Assembly: GCF_009914755.1 (NCBI RefSeq)
Contig: NC_060946.1
Reading direction: 5' to 3' (one strand)
Length of the DNA: 64,000 nucleotides
DNA from: the human T2T-CHM13v2.0 reference genome, Homo sapiens
Numbering within the stretch: position 1 is the stretch's first letter; each line of letters begins with the position of its first letter. This document shows, piece by piece, positions 26,901-43,200 of the stretch. A program made the position numbers and the translations under genes. Below the pieces are notes generated by a model. The model worked only from the letters and a program-made list of their open reading frames with translations, ran no database searches and was not told the origin of the DNA.

Positions 26901-28440
26901 CTGTGAGATGAATGCGCAAATCACAAACAAGTTTCTGAGACTGTTTCTGTCTAGATTTTATGTGAAGATATTTCCTTTTATACAACAAGCGGCAAAGGAC
27001 ACCAAATATCCACCTGCAGATTCTACAAAAAGAGTGTTTCAAAACTGCTCAATCATAAGAAAAGTTCAACTCTATGAGCTGAAAGCACACATCACAAAAC
27101 CTTTCTCAGAATTCTTCTGTCTAGTTTTTATGTGAAGATATTTCCTTTCCACCATAGGCCTCAAAGCTCTCCAAAATTCCACTTGCACATTTTACAAAAA
27201 GAGAGTTTCAAAAATGCTCAATGAAAGGAATGGTTCAACTCTGTGAGATGAATGCTCACATCACAATGAAGTTTCTCAGATTGCTTCTGTTAGATTTTAT
27301 GTGAAGATATTTCCTTTTCCACCATAGGCCTCAAAGTGCTCCAAATGTCCACTTCCAGATTCTACAAAAAGAGTGTTTCCAAACTCCTCAATCAAAAGAA
27401 AGGTTCAACTCTGTCAGATGAACTCATGCATCACAAAGAAGTTTATCAGAATTCTTCTGTCTAGTTTTTATGTGAAGATATTTTCTTTTCCACCACAGGC
27501 CTAAAAGTGCTCCAAATGTCCACTTGCAGATTCTACTAAAAGAGAGTTTCAAAACTCCTCAGTCAAAAGAAATGTTTAACTCTGTAAGATGAAAGCACAC
27601 ATCACAAAGAAGTTTCTCAGATTGCTTCTGTCTATATTTTATGTGAAGATATTTCCTTCTCTACCATAGGCTGCAAAGCACTGCAAATGTCTATTTACAG
27701 ATTCTACAAAAAGAGTGCTTCCAAACTGCTCAATCAAAAGAAAGGTTCAACTCTGAGAGATGAATGCACGCATCTCAAAGAAGTTTGTCAGAATCCTTCT
27801 GTCTACTTTTAATGTGAAGATATTTACTTTTCCACCATATGCCTCAAAGCTCTCCAAATGTCCATTTGCAGATTCTACAAAAAGATAGCTTCAAAACTTC
27901 TCAAGCAAAAGAAAAGTTTAACTTTGTGAGATGAATGCACACATCAGAAGGAAGTTTCTCAGATTGCTTCTGTCGAGATTTTATGTGAAGATATATCATT
28001 TTCTACCATAGGTCACAAAATGGAACAAACGTCCACTTGCAGATTCTACAAAAAAAAGTGTTTTCAAACTGCTCAATCAAAAGAAAGGTTCAACTCTGTG
28101 AGATGAACGCACACATCACAAAGAAGTTTCTCAGATTGCTTCTGTGTAGGTTTTATGTGAAGATATTTCTATTTCCACCATAGGCCTAAAACAGCTCCAA
28201 ATGTCCACTTGCAGAGTCTACAAAAAGAGAGTTTCAAAACTGCTCAATCAAAAAAAAGTTTTAACTCTGTGAGATGAATGCACACATCACAAAGAAGTTT
28301 CTCAGATTGCTTTTGTCTAGATTTTATGTGAAGATATTTCCTTTTCTACCATAGGCCTCAAAGCGCTCCAAATGTCCACTTGCAGATTCTACAAAATAGT
28401 TTCAAGGCAGCTCAATCAAAAGAAATGTTTAACTCTGTGA
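11921..28440 (-). repeat. Alpha satellite layer 3: A-type, ~342-bp dimeric organisation plus a minor third monomer type
   Basis: Alternation of X (cagattgcttc..tagatttt..tttctacc..gtgtttccaaac) and Y (cagaattcttc..tagttttt..ttccacc..gagtttcaaaac..tttaactc), with gagatgaa throughout. Boundaries approximate. Confidence 0.85.
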
Positions 28441-30251
28441 GATGAATGCACACATCACAAAGAAGTTTCTCAAAATGCTTCTGTCTAGTTCTTAAATGAA
28501 GATATTTCCTCTTCCACCATAGGACTCAAAGGGCTCCCAATGTCCACTTGCAGATTCTACAAAAATAGTGTTTAAATCTGCTCAATCAAAAGAAATGTTC
28601 AACCCGGTGAGATGAATACACACAACACAAAGGATCTTCTCTGAATGATTTTGTCTAGTTTTTATGTGGACATATTTCCTTTTAAACCATAGGCCTCAAA
28701 GTGCTTCAAATATACACTTGCAGATTCCACAAAAAGAGTTTTTCGAAACTGCTCAATGAAAAGAAAGGTTCAAATCTGTGTGAAGAATGTACACATAACA
28801 AAGAAATTTGTCAGAATGTTTCTGTATAGTTTTTATGTTAAGGTATTTGCTTTTCCACCATAGGCCTCGAAGAGCTCCAAATGTCCACATGCAGATTCTA
28901 CAAAAAGAGTGTTTCAAAGCTGCTCAATCAAAAGAAAGGTTCAACTCTGTGACATGAATGCGCAAGTCACAAAGAAGTTTGTCAGAATGCTTCTGTCTAG
29001 TTTTTATGTGAAGATATTTCCTTTTCCACCATGGGCCGCAAAGCGCACCAAATGTCCAAATTCAGATTCTACAAATAGAGTCTTTCAAACCGCTCAATCA
29101 AAAGAAAGGTCCATCTCTGTGAGATGAATCCACACATCTCATTGAAGTTTTTCGAATGTTTCTGTATAGTTCTTGTGTGAAGATATTTCTTTTTCCACCA
29201 TTGTCTCAAAGCGCCAAGAATGTCCACTTGCAGATACTACAGAAAGAGTGTTTCAAAGTTGCTCCTGTCCGATTTCTTCTGTCTATATTTTATGTGAACA
29301 TATTTCCTTTTCTACCATAGGCCACTAAGTGCTCCAATTGTCCAACTGAAGATTATTCATAAAGTGTGTTTCCAAACTGCTCAATCGAAAGAAAGGTTCA
29401 AATCTGTAACATGAAGGCACACTTCTCAAAGAAGTTTCTCAGAATTCTTCTGTCTAGTTTTTATGTGAAGATACTACGTTTTCCACCATTGCCTCAAAGC
29501 GCCAAAAATGTCCCCTTGCAGATACTACAGAAAGAGTGTTTCAAAGTGGCTCAATCAAAAGAAAGTTTCAACTCTATGAGATGAATGCACACATCACATA
29601 GAAGTTTCTCAGAATCCTTCTGTCTAGTTATTATGTGAAGATATTTCGTTTTCCACCGTAGGCATCAAAGCGCTCCAAATGTCCACTTGCAGATTCTACA
29701 AAAGGAGTGTTTCAAAACCGCTCAATCAAAATTAAGGTTCCACTCTGCGAGATGAATGCACACATCACAAAAACTTTGTCAGAATGCTTCTGTCTAGTTT
29801 TGTGTGAAGATATTTCCTTTTCCTCCACAGGCCTCAAAGCTCTCCAGATGTGCACTTGCAGATTCTACAAAAAGAGTGTTTCAAAACTGCTCTATCGAAA
29901 GTTAAGTTCAACTCCGTGAGACAAATGGCAACTCCATGAGATAAATGACAAATAAGCTTGTCAGAATGCTTCTGCCTAGTTTTAATGTGAAGATATTTCC
30001 TTTTCAACCATAGGCCGCAAAGCGCGCCAAATGTCCACTTGCAGATTCTACAAAATGAGAGTTTTCAAAACTGCTCAATTAAAATAAAGTTTCAGCTCTG
30101 TGAGAGGAATGCACACATCACAAATCAGCTTCACAGAATGCTTCCATCTAGTTCTTAAATGAAGATATTTCCTTTTCCACCATAGGCCAAAAAGCGCTCC
30201 AAATGTCCACCTGCAGATATTGCAAAAAGAGTTTTTCAAAACTGCTCAATG
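28441..30251 (-). repeat. Alpha satellite layer 4 (monomeric), part 1
   Basis: 171-bp units with cagaatgcttc, tttgtcagaa, agttcttaa[a/g]tgaag, tttcaaagctgc. Confidence 0.9.
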
Positions 30252-32126
<1,875 letters not shown>

Positions 32127-35100
32127 AAAACTGCTCAATGAAATAAAGGTTCAACTCTGTGACATGAATGCACACATCACAAAGAATTTTCTCTGAATGA
32201 TTCTGTCTAGTTTTTATGTGAATATATTTTCTTTTCCACCAAAGAACTCTAAGCGCTCCAAATGTCCAATTCTAGATACTACAAAAAGAGTGTTTCGAAG
32301 CTGCTGAATCAAAAGAAAGGTTCAAATCTGTGAGATGAATGCATGCACACATCACAAAGAGTTTCTCAAAACGCTTCTCTCTAGTTTTTATGTGAAGATA
32401 TTTCCTTTTCCTCCATAGGACTCTAAGCACTCCAAATGTCCAATTCTGGACGCTACAAAAAGAGTGTTTCAAAACAGCTCAATCAAAAGAAAGGTTCAAA
32501 TCTGTGAGATGAGTGCACACATTACAAAGAAGTTTCTGAGAATGCTTCCGTCTAGTTCTTAAGTGAAGATGTTTCCTTTTCCACCACTGGTCCCAAAGCA
32601 CCCCAAATGTCCACTTCCGGATTCCACAATAAGAGAGTTTCCAAACTACTCAATCAAAAGAAAGGTTCACCTCAGTGAGATGAATGCACACATCACAAAG
32701 AAATTTGCCAGAATGCTTTTGTCTAGTCTTTATATGAAGATATTTCCTTTTCCACCATAGGCCCCAAAGGGCTGCAAATGTCCACTTGCAGATCCTACAG
32801 AAAGAGTGTTTCAAAACTGCTCAATCAAAAGAAAGGTTCAACTCTGTGAGATGGATGCACATTTCACAAAGAAGTTTCTCAGAATTCTTCTGTCAGGTTC
32901 TTAAGTGTAGATATTTCCTTTTCCACCACAGGACTCAAAGCTCTCCAAATGTCCACTTGCAGATTCTACAAAAAGAGTTTCCAAACCACTCTATCAAAAG
33001 AAAATTTCAACGCTGTGAGATAAATGCACATATCACAAAGAAGTTTCTCAGAATGCTTGTGTCTAGTTATTATGTGAAGATATTACCTTTTCAACAATAG
33101 GCCTCAAAACGCTCCAAATTTCCACATGCAGATTCTACAAAAAGAGTGTTTCAAAGCTGCTCAATCAAAAGAAAGCTTCAACTCTGTGAGATGAATGCTC
33201 ACATCACAAAGAATTTCTCAGAATGCTTCTGTCCAGTTTTTATGTGAAGATATTTCCTTTTCCAGCATAGGCGTCAAAACACTCCAAATGTCCACTTACA
33301 GATCCCACAAAAATAGTGTTTCAAAACTGCTCAATCAAAAGAAAGGTTCACCTCTGTGAGATGAATGCACACATCACAAAGAATATTCTCAGAATGATTG
33401 TCTAGTGTTTATGTGCAGATATTTCCTTTTCCACCATAGTCCTCAAAGCGCTCCAAATGTCCAATTGCAAATCCTAAAAAAAGAGTGTTTCAAAATTGCT
33501 CAATCGAAGGTAGGGTTCAACTCTGTGAGGTGAGTTCTCACATCACAAAAAAGTCTGTCTGAATGCTTCTGTCCAGTTTTCATACGAAGATGTTTCCTTT
33601 TCCACCGTAGGCCTCAAAGCGCTCCAAATGTCCACATGCAGGTTCTATAAAAAGAGTGTTTCCAAACTGCTCAAGCAAAAGAAATGTTCAACTCTGGGAT
33701 ATGAAAGCACACATCACAAAGAAGTTTGTCAGAATGCTTCTGTCTAGTTTTCATGTATAGATGTTTCCTTTTCCACCATAGGCCGCAAAGCGCTCCAAAT
33801 GTCTACTTGCAGATTCTACAAAAAGATTGTTTCAAAACTGCTCAATGAAAAGAAAGTTTCAACTCTGTGAGATGAACGCACACATCACAAAGCAATTTCT
33901 CAGAATGCTTCTGTCTAGTTCTTAAATGAAGATATTTCCTATTCCACCACAGGACTCAAAGGGCTCCCAAAGTCCACTTGCAGATTCTACAAAAAGAGTG
34001 TTTAAACCTGCTTAATCAAAAGAAATATTCAACCCGGTGAGATGAATGCACACAACACAAAGGATTTTCTCTGAATGATTCTGTCTAGTTTTTATGTGAA
34101 CATATTTCCTTTTAAGCCATAGGCTTCAAAGAGCTTCAAATGTATACTTGCAGATTCCACAAAAAGAGTTTTTCAAAACTGCTCAATGAATAGAAAGGTT
34201 CAAATCTGTGAGAACAATGCACACATAACAAAGAAGTTTATCAGAATGTTTCTGTATAGTTTTTATGTAAAGGTATTTCCTTTTCCACCATAGGCCTCAA
34301 AGAGCTCCAAATGTCCACATGCAGATTCTACAAAAAGAGTGTTTCAAAGCCACTCAAAAGAAAGGTTCAACTCTGTGAGACGAATGCACAAATCACAAAG
34401 AAGTTTGTCAGAACGCTTCTGTTTAGTTTTTATGTGAAGATATTTCCTTTTCTACCATAGGCCGCAAAGCGCACCAAATGTCCAAATTCAGATTCTACAA
34501 AAAGAGTCTTTCAAAACTGTTCAATCAAAAGAAAGGTTCAACTCTGTGAGATGAATCCACACATCTCAGTGAAGTTTTTCAGAATGTTTCTGTATGGTTT
34601 TTATGTGAAGATATTTCCTTTTCCACCATTGCCTCAAAGCGCCAAAAATGTCCACTTGCAGATACTATAAAAAGAGTGTTTCAAAGTTGCTCAACCAAAA
34701 GAAAGTTGAAACTCTGTGAGATGAATGCATATATCACATAGAATTTTCTCAGAAAGCTTCCGTCTACTTCTTAAATGAAGATATTTCCTTTTCCACCATA
34801 GGCCTCAATGCGCTCCAAATGTCCACTTGCAGAATCTACAAAAAGAGAGTTTCTAAACTACTCAGTCAAAGGAAAGGTTCAACTCTGTGAGATGAATGCA
34901 CACATCACAAAGAAGTTACTCAGAATGCTTCTGTCTACTTCTTAAGTGAAGATATTACCTTTTCCACCTTAGGCCCCAAAGGACTCCTAATGTGCTCTTG
35001 CAGATTCTACAAAAAGAGAATTTCCAAACTACTCAATCAAAAGAAAGGTTCAACTCTGTTAGATGAATGCACACATCACAAAGTGATTGGTCAGAAAGCT

Positions 35101-36050
35101 TCTGTCTAGTTTTTATGTGAACATATTTCCTTTTCAACCATAGGCCTCAAATCGCTTCAAATGTACAATTGCACATTCCACAAAAAGAGTTTTTCAAAAC
35201 TGCTCAATGAAAAGAAAGGTTCAACTCTATGAGATGAATGCACACATCACTGAGAAGTTTGTCAGAATGTTTCTGTCTAGTTTTTATATGAAGATATTTC
35301 CTTTTCCACTATAGGCCTCAAAGCACTCCAAATGTCCACATGCAGAGTCTACAAAAAGAGTTTTTCAAAGCTGTTCAATCAGAAGAAATGCTCAACACTA
35401 TGAGATGAATGCACACATCACAAAGAAGTTTCTCAGAATTCTTCTGTCTAGTTTTTATGTGAAGATATTTCCTTTTCCACTATAGGCCGCAAAGTTCTCC
35501 AAATGTCCACTTGCAGATTCTACAAAAAGAGTGTTTCCAAACTGCTCAATCAAAAGAAAGGTTCTACTCTGTGAGATGAACTCACACATCACAAAGACAT
35601 TTCTCAGAATTCTTCCTTCTAGTTTTTATGTGAAGATGTTTCCTTTTCCACCATAGGCCTCAAAGAGCTCAAAATGTCCAGTTGCCAATTCTACAAAAAG
35701 AGAGTTTCAAAAGTGCTCCATCACAAGAAATGTTTAACTCTGTGAGATGTATGCAGACATCAAAAAGAAGTTTCTCAGATTGCTTCTGTCTAGTTTTTAT
35801 GTGAAGATATTTCCTTTTCCACCATTGACCACAAAGCACTCCAAATGTCCACTTGCAGATTCCACAAAAAGAGTGTTTCCAAACTGCCCAATCAAAAGAA
35901 AGGTTCAACTCTGTGAGATGAAGGCACACATCACAAAGATGTCTGTCAGAATGCTTCTCTCTAGCTTTTATGTAAAGATATTTCCTTTTCCACAATAAGT
36001 CTCAAATCCCTCCAAATGTCCACTTGCAGATTCTACAACAAGAATGTTTC
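32127..36050 (-). repeat. Alpha satellite layer 4, part 2
   Basis: Monomers resume in register after the L1 TSD. Confidence 0.93.
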
Positions 36051-37258
<1,208 letters not shown>

Positions 37259-40200
37259 CGGTGTTTCAAAACTGGTCAATCGAAAGTAAGGTTCAACTCT
37301 CTGAGAAGAATGCACACATCACAAAGAAGTTTGTCAGAATGCTTCTGTCTAGTTTTTATGTGAAGATAGTTCCTTTTCCACCAGAGGCCGCAAAGTGCTC
37401 CAAATGTACACTTGCAGATTCGACAAAAAGATTGTTTCAAATCAGTTCAATCAAAAGAAAATTTCAAATCTGTGAGGTGAACGCACACATCACGAAGAAG
37501 TTTCTCAGAATGCTTCTGTCTAGTTATTAAGTGAAGATATTACCTTTTCCATCATAGGCCTCAAAGCGCTCCAAATGTCCACTTGCAGAATCTACAAAAA
37601 GTGATTTTGCAAACTAACCAATCAAAAGAAAGGTTCAACTCTGTGAGATGAATGCACACATCACAAAGAAATTTGTCAGAATGCTTCTGTCTAGTTTTTA
37701 TGTGAAGATATTTCCTTTTCCACCATAGGCCTCAAAGCACTCCAAATGTCCACTTGCAGACAGTAGAAAAAGGGTGTTTCAAAACAGCTCAATCAAAAGT
37801 AAAGTTCAACTCTGTGAGATGAATGCACAAATCACAACGAAGTTTGTTAGAATGCTTTTGTCTAGTTTTTATGTGAAGGTATTTCCTTTTTTACCATAGG
37901 CCACAAAGCGCTCCAAATGTCCACTTGGAGCTTCTACAAAAAGAGTGTTTCCAAACTAGAAAATCAAAAGAAAGTTTCAACTCTGTGAGATGAATGCACT
38001 CGTCACAAAGAAGTTTCTCAGAATACTTCTGCATAGTTAATACATGAAGATCTTTCGTTTTCCATCACACTCCTCAAAGCGCTCAAAATGTCCACTTGCA
38101 GATTCTACAAAAAAAAGTTTCAAAGCTGCTCAATCAAAAGAAAGGTTCATCTCTGTGAGACGAATGCACACATCACAAAGTAATTTGTCAGAATGCTTCT
38201 CTCTAGTTTTTATTTGAAGATATCTCCATTTCCACCATAGGCCTCAAAGCACTCCAAATGTCCACTTGCAGATAGTACAAAAAGGGAGTTTCAAAACTGC
38301 TCAATTAAAAGTAAGGTTCAACACTGTGAGGTGAATGCACATATCACAAAGAAGTTTATCAGAATGCTTCTGTCTAGTTTTTATGTGAAGATATTTCCTT
38401 ATCTGCCATTGGCCTCAATGCACTCCAAATGTCCACTTGCAGATTCTACAAAGAGTGTTTCCAAACTAGAAAATCAAAAGAAAGTTTCAACTTTGTGAGA
38501 TGAATGCACTCATCACAAAGAAGTTTCTCAGAATACTTCTGCGTAGTTATTACATGAAGATATTTCATTTTCCATTACACTCCTCAAAGCGCTCCAAATG
38601 TCCACTTGCAGATTCTACAAAAAAAGTGTTTCAAAGCTGCTCAATCAAAAGAAAGGTTCATCTCTGCGAGACGAATGCACACGTCACAAAGAAGTTTGTC
38701 AGAATGCTTCAGTCTAGTTTTTATGTGAAGATATTTCTTTTCCACCGTATGCCGCAAGGCTCTCCAAATGTCCACTTGCATACTCTACAAAAAGAGTGTT
38801 TCAAAACTGCCCAATCAAAAGAAAGGTTCAACTCTGTGAGAAGAATGCACACATCACAAAGAAGTTTCTCAGAATGTTTCTGTCTACTTCTTATGTGAAG
38901 ATATTTCCTTTTCCACCATAGGCCTCAAAGTGATCCAAATGTCCACTTGCAGATCCTTCAGAAAGATTTTCCAAACTAGTCAATCAAAAGAAAGTTTCAA
39001 CTCTGTGAGATGAATGCACACATAAAAAAGACATTTCCGAGAATCCTTCTGTCTAGTTTTTATGTAAAGATATATACTTTTACACCATAGGCATCAACGC
39101 ACTCCAAACGTCCACTTGTAGATAGTACAAAAAGGATGTTTCAAATCTGCTCAATCAACAGTAAGGTTCAACTCTGTCAGATGAATACACACATCACAAA
39201 GTATTTTCTCAGAATGATTCTTTGCAATTCTTAAGTGAAGATATTTCCTTTTCCACCAGAGGCCTCAGAGCCCTCCAAAGGTCCACTTGCAGATAGTACA
39301 AAAAGAGTGTTTCAAAACTGTTCAATCAAAAGAAATGTTCAAACCTTTGAGATGAATATACACATCATGAAGAAGTTTCTCAGAATGTTTCTGTCCATGT
39401 TTTATGAGAAGATATTTGCTTTTCCACCATAGGCATCAAAGCGCACCAAGTGTCCACTTGTAGATTCTACAAAAAGAGTGCTTCAAAACTGCTCATTGAA
39501 AAGAAATATTCAACTCTGTGAGATGAATGCACACATCACAAGAAGTTTCTCAGAATGTTCTGTCTAGTTCTTAAGTGAAGATATTTCCTTTTCAACCATA
39601 GGCCTCAAAGTGCTCCAAATGTCCACTTGCATATTGTACAAAAACAGTGTTTCAAAACTGCTCAATGGAAAGAAAGGTTCAATTCTGTGATATGAATGCA
39701 AACAACACAAAGAAGTTTGTCAGCGTGCTTCTGTCTAGTTTTTATGTGAAGATATATCCTTTACCACCATATGCCGCAAAGTACTCCAAATGTCCCTTTG
39801 CAGATTCTACAAAAAGAGTGTTTCAAACTGCTCAATCAAAAGAAAGTTCAACTCTGTGAGATGCATGCACACATCCCAAAGAAATTTCCCAGAATACTTC
39901 TGTGTAGTTTTTCTGTGAAGATATTTCCTTTTCCACCGTAGGCCTCAAAGAATTCCAAATGTCCACTTGCAGATCCTACCAAAAGAGTATTTCAAAATAG
40001 ATTAATGAAAAGAAATGTTCAACTCTGTGACATGAAAGCACACATCCCAAAGAAGTTTGTGACAATGCTTCTTTATAGTTTTTATGTGAAGATATTTCCT
40101 TTTCCGCCATAGGCCTCAAAGCGCTCCTGATGTCCACTTGCAGATTCTACAAAAAGAGTGTTTCCAAGCTGCTCTATCAAAAGAATGTTTCAACTCTGTG

Positions 40201-43200
40201 AGATGAATGCACACATCACAAAGAAGTTTCTGAGAATGCTGCTGTCTTGTTGTTATGTGAAGATATTTCCTTTTCCACAATTGGCTGCAAAGTGCTCCAA
40301 ATGTCCACTTGCAGATTCTACAAAAAGAGTGTTTCAAAACTGCTCAATCAAAAGAAAGGTTCAACTCTGTGAGATGAATGCACACATCACAAAGAAGTTT
40401 CTCAGAATGTTCTGTCTAGTTCTTAAGTGAAGATATTTCCTTTCCCACCCTAAGCCTCAAAGCGCTCCAAATGTCCACTTGCAGATTGTACAAAAACAGT
40501 GTTTCAAAACTGCTCAATGGAAAGAAAGGTTCAATTCTGTGAGATGAATGCAAACAACACAAAGTAGTTTGTCAGCATGCTTCTGTATAGTTTTTATGTG
40601 AAGATATTTCCTTTTCTACCATAGGCCTCAAGGCGCTCCAAAGGTCCACATGCAGATTCTACAAAAATAATGTTTCAAAGGTGCTCAATCAGAAGAAATG
40701 TTCAACTCTGTGAGATGACTGCACACATCACAAAGAAGTTTCTCATAATGCTTCTGTCTAGATCTTAAGTGAAGATATTTCCTTTTCCACCATAGGCCTC
40801 AAAGTGAACAAAATGTCCGCTTGCAAATTCTACAAAAAGAGTGTTTCCAAACTGCTCAATCAAAAGTAAGATTCAACTCTGTGGGTTGAACGAAAACATC
40901 ACAAAGAAGTTTCTCAGAATGCTTCTGTCTAGTTCTTATGTGAAGATATTTCCTTTTCCACTTAAGGCCTAAAAGTGCTCCAAATATCAACTTGCAGATT
41001 CTACAAAAAGTGGGCTTCAAGACTTCTCAATCAAAAGTAAGGTTCAATTCCCTGAGATGAATGCACACATCACAAAGAAGTTTGTCAGAATTCTTCTGTC
41101 TAGTATTTAAGTGAAGATATTTCCTTTTCCACCATATGCCGCAAAGTGTTCCAAATATCCACTTGCAGATTCTACAAAAAAAGTGTCTCAAAACTGCTCA
41201 ATCAAAAGAAAGTTCAACTCTGTGAGATGAATGCCCACATCACAAAGAAATTTCTCAGAATATTTCTGTCTAGCTTCTCTATGAAGATATTTCCTTTTCC
41301 ACTATAGGCCTCAAAGTGCTCTAAATGTCCACTTGCAGATTCTACAAAAAGAGTGTTTCAAAGCTGCTCAATCAAAAGAAATGTTCAACTCTGTGAGATT
41401 AATGCACAGATCACAAACAACTTTCTCAGAATGCTTCTGTCTAGTTATTATGTGAAGATATTTCATTTTTCACCTTAGGCCTCAAATCACTCCAAATGTC
41501 CACTTGCACATGTTACAGAAAGAGTGTTTGAAAACTAGACAATCGAAGGAAAGATTCAACTCTCTGAGATGAATGCACACATCACAAAGAATTTGTCAGA
41601 ATGCTTCTGTATAACATTTATGTGAAGATATTTCCTTTTCCACCATAGGCCCCAAAGTGCTCAAAATGTCCACTTGCAGATGCTACAAAAGGAGAGCTTC
41701 CAAACTACTCACTCAAAAGAAACGATCAACTCTGTGAGATGAATGCATACATCAAAAAGTAATTTGTCAGAATGCTTCTGTCTAATTTTTATATGAACAT
41801 ATTTCCTTTTCCACCATAGGCCTCAAACCACACAAAATGTCCACTTGCAGATAGTACCAAAAGGGTTTTTCAAAACTGTTTAATCAAAAGTAAGGTTCAA
41901 CTCTGTGAGTTGAATGCACATGTCGCAAATAGGTTTGTCAGAATGCTTCTACCTAGTTTTTTTGTGAAGATATATCCTTTTCCACCTCAGGCCTCAAAGA
42001 GCTCCACATGTCCCCTTACAGATTCTACAAAAAGAGTGTTTCCAAACTGCTCAATCAAAAGAAATGTTCAACTCTGTGAGATGAATGCACACATCACAAA
42101 GATGTTTCTCAGAATGCTTCTGTCTAGTGCTTATGTGAAGATGTTTCCTTTTCCACCATAGGCCTCAAAGAGCTCCAAATGTCCACTTGCAGATTCTACA
42201 AAAAGAGTGTTTCAAAACTGCTCAATGAAAACAAAGGATCAACTCTCTGTGATGAATACATACCTCACAAAGAATTTTCTCAGGATGATTATATCTAGTT
42301 TTTATGGGAAGATATTTCCTTTTACACCATAGGACACAAAGCTCTCCAAATGTCCACTTGCAGATTCTACAAAAAGTGTGATTCAAATCTGCTCAATACA
42401 AAGAAATGTTCAACTCTGTGAGATGAATGCACACATCACAAAGAAGTTGCTCAGAAAGCTTCTGTCTAGTTTTTATGTGAAGATATTTCCTTTTCACCAC
42501 AGGCCTCAAAGCACTCCAAATGTCCACTTGCAGATCAACAAAAAGAGAGTTTCCAAATTACTCAATCAAAAGAAAGGTTCAGCTCTGTGAGATGAATGCA
42601 CACATCACAAAGAAATTTGTCAGAATGCTTCTGTCTAGTTTTTACTTGAAGATATTTCCTTTTACACCATAGGCCTGAAAGCACTCCAAATGTCCACTTG
42701 CTGATAGTACAAAAAGGTTGTTTTAAAATTGTTCAATCAAAAGTAAGGTTCAACTCCTTGGGATGAATGCACATATCACAAAGAAGTTTGACAGAATGCT
42801 TCTGTCTAGTTTTTATGTGAAGATATTTCCTTTTCCAAAATAGATCTCAAAACGCTCCAAATGTCCACTTGCAGATTCTTCAAAAAGAGTGTTTCAATAC
42901 TGCTCAATCAAAAGAAAGGTTCAACTGTGTGAGACGAATGCACACATCACAAAGAAGTTTCTCAGAATGCTTCTGTCTAGTTATTATATGAAGATATTTC
43001 TTTTTCCAATATAGGCCTCAAAGAGCTCCAAATATCCACTTACAGATTCAGCAAAAAGAGAGTTTCCAAACTACTCAATCAAAATAAAGGTTCAGCTCTG
43101 TGAGATGAATGCACACATCACAAAGAAAGTTGTCAGAATGCTTCTGTCTAGTTTTTATGTGAAGATATTTCCTTTTCCACCATAGGCCTCAAAGCACTCC

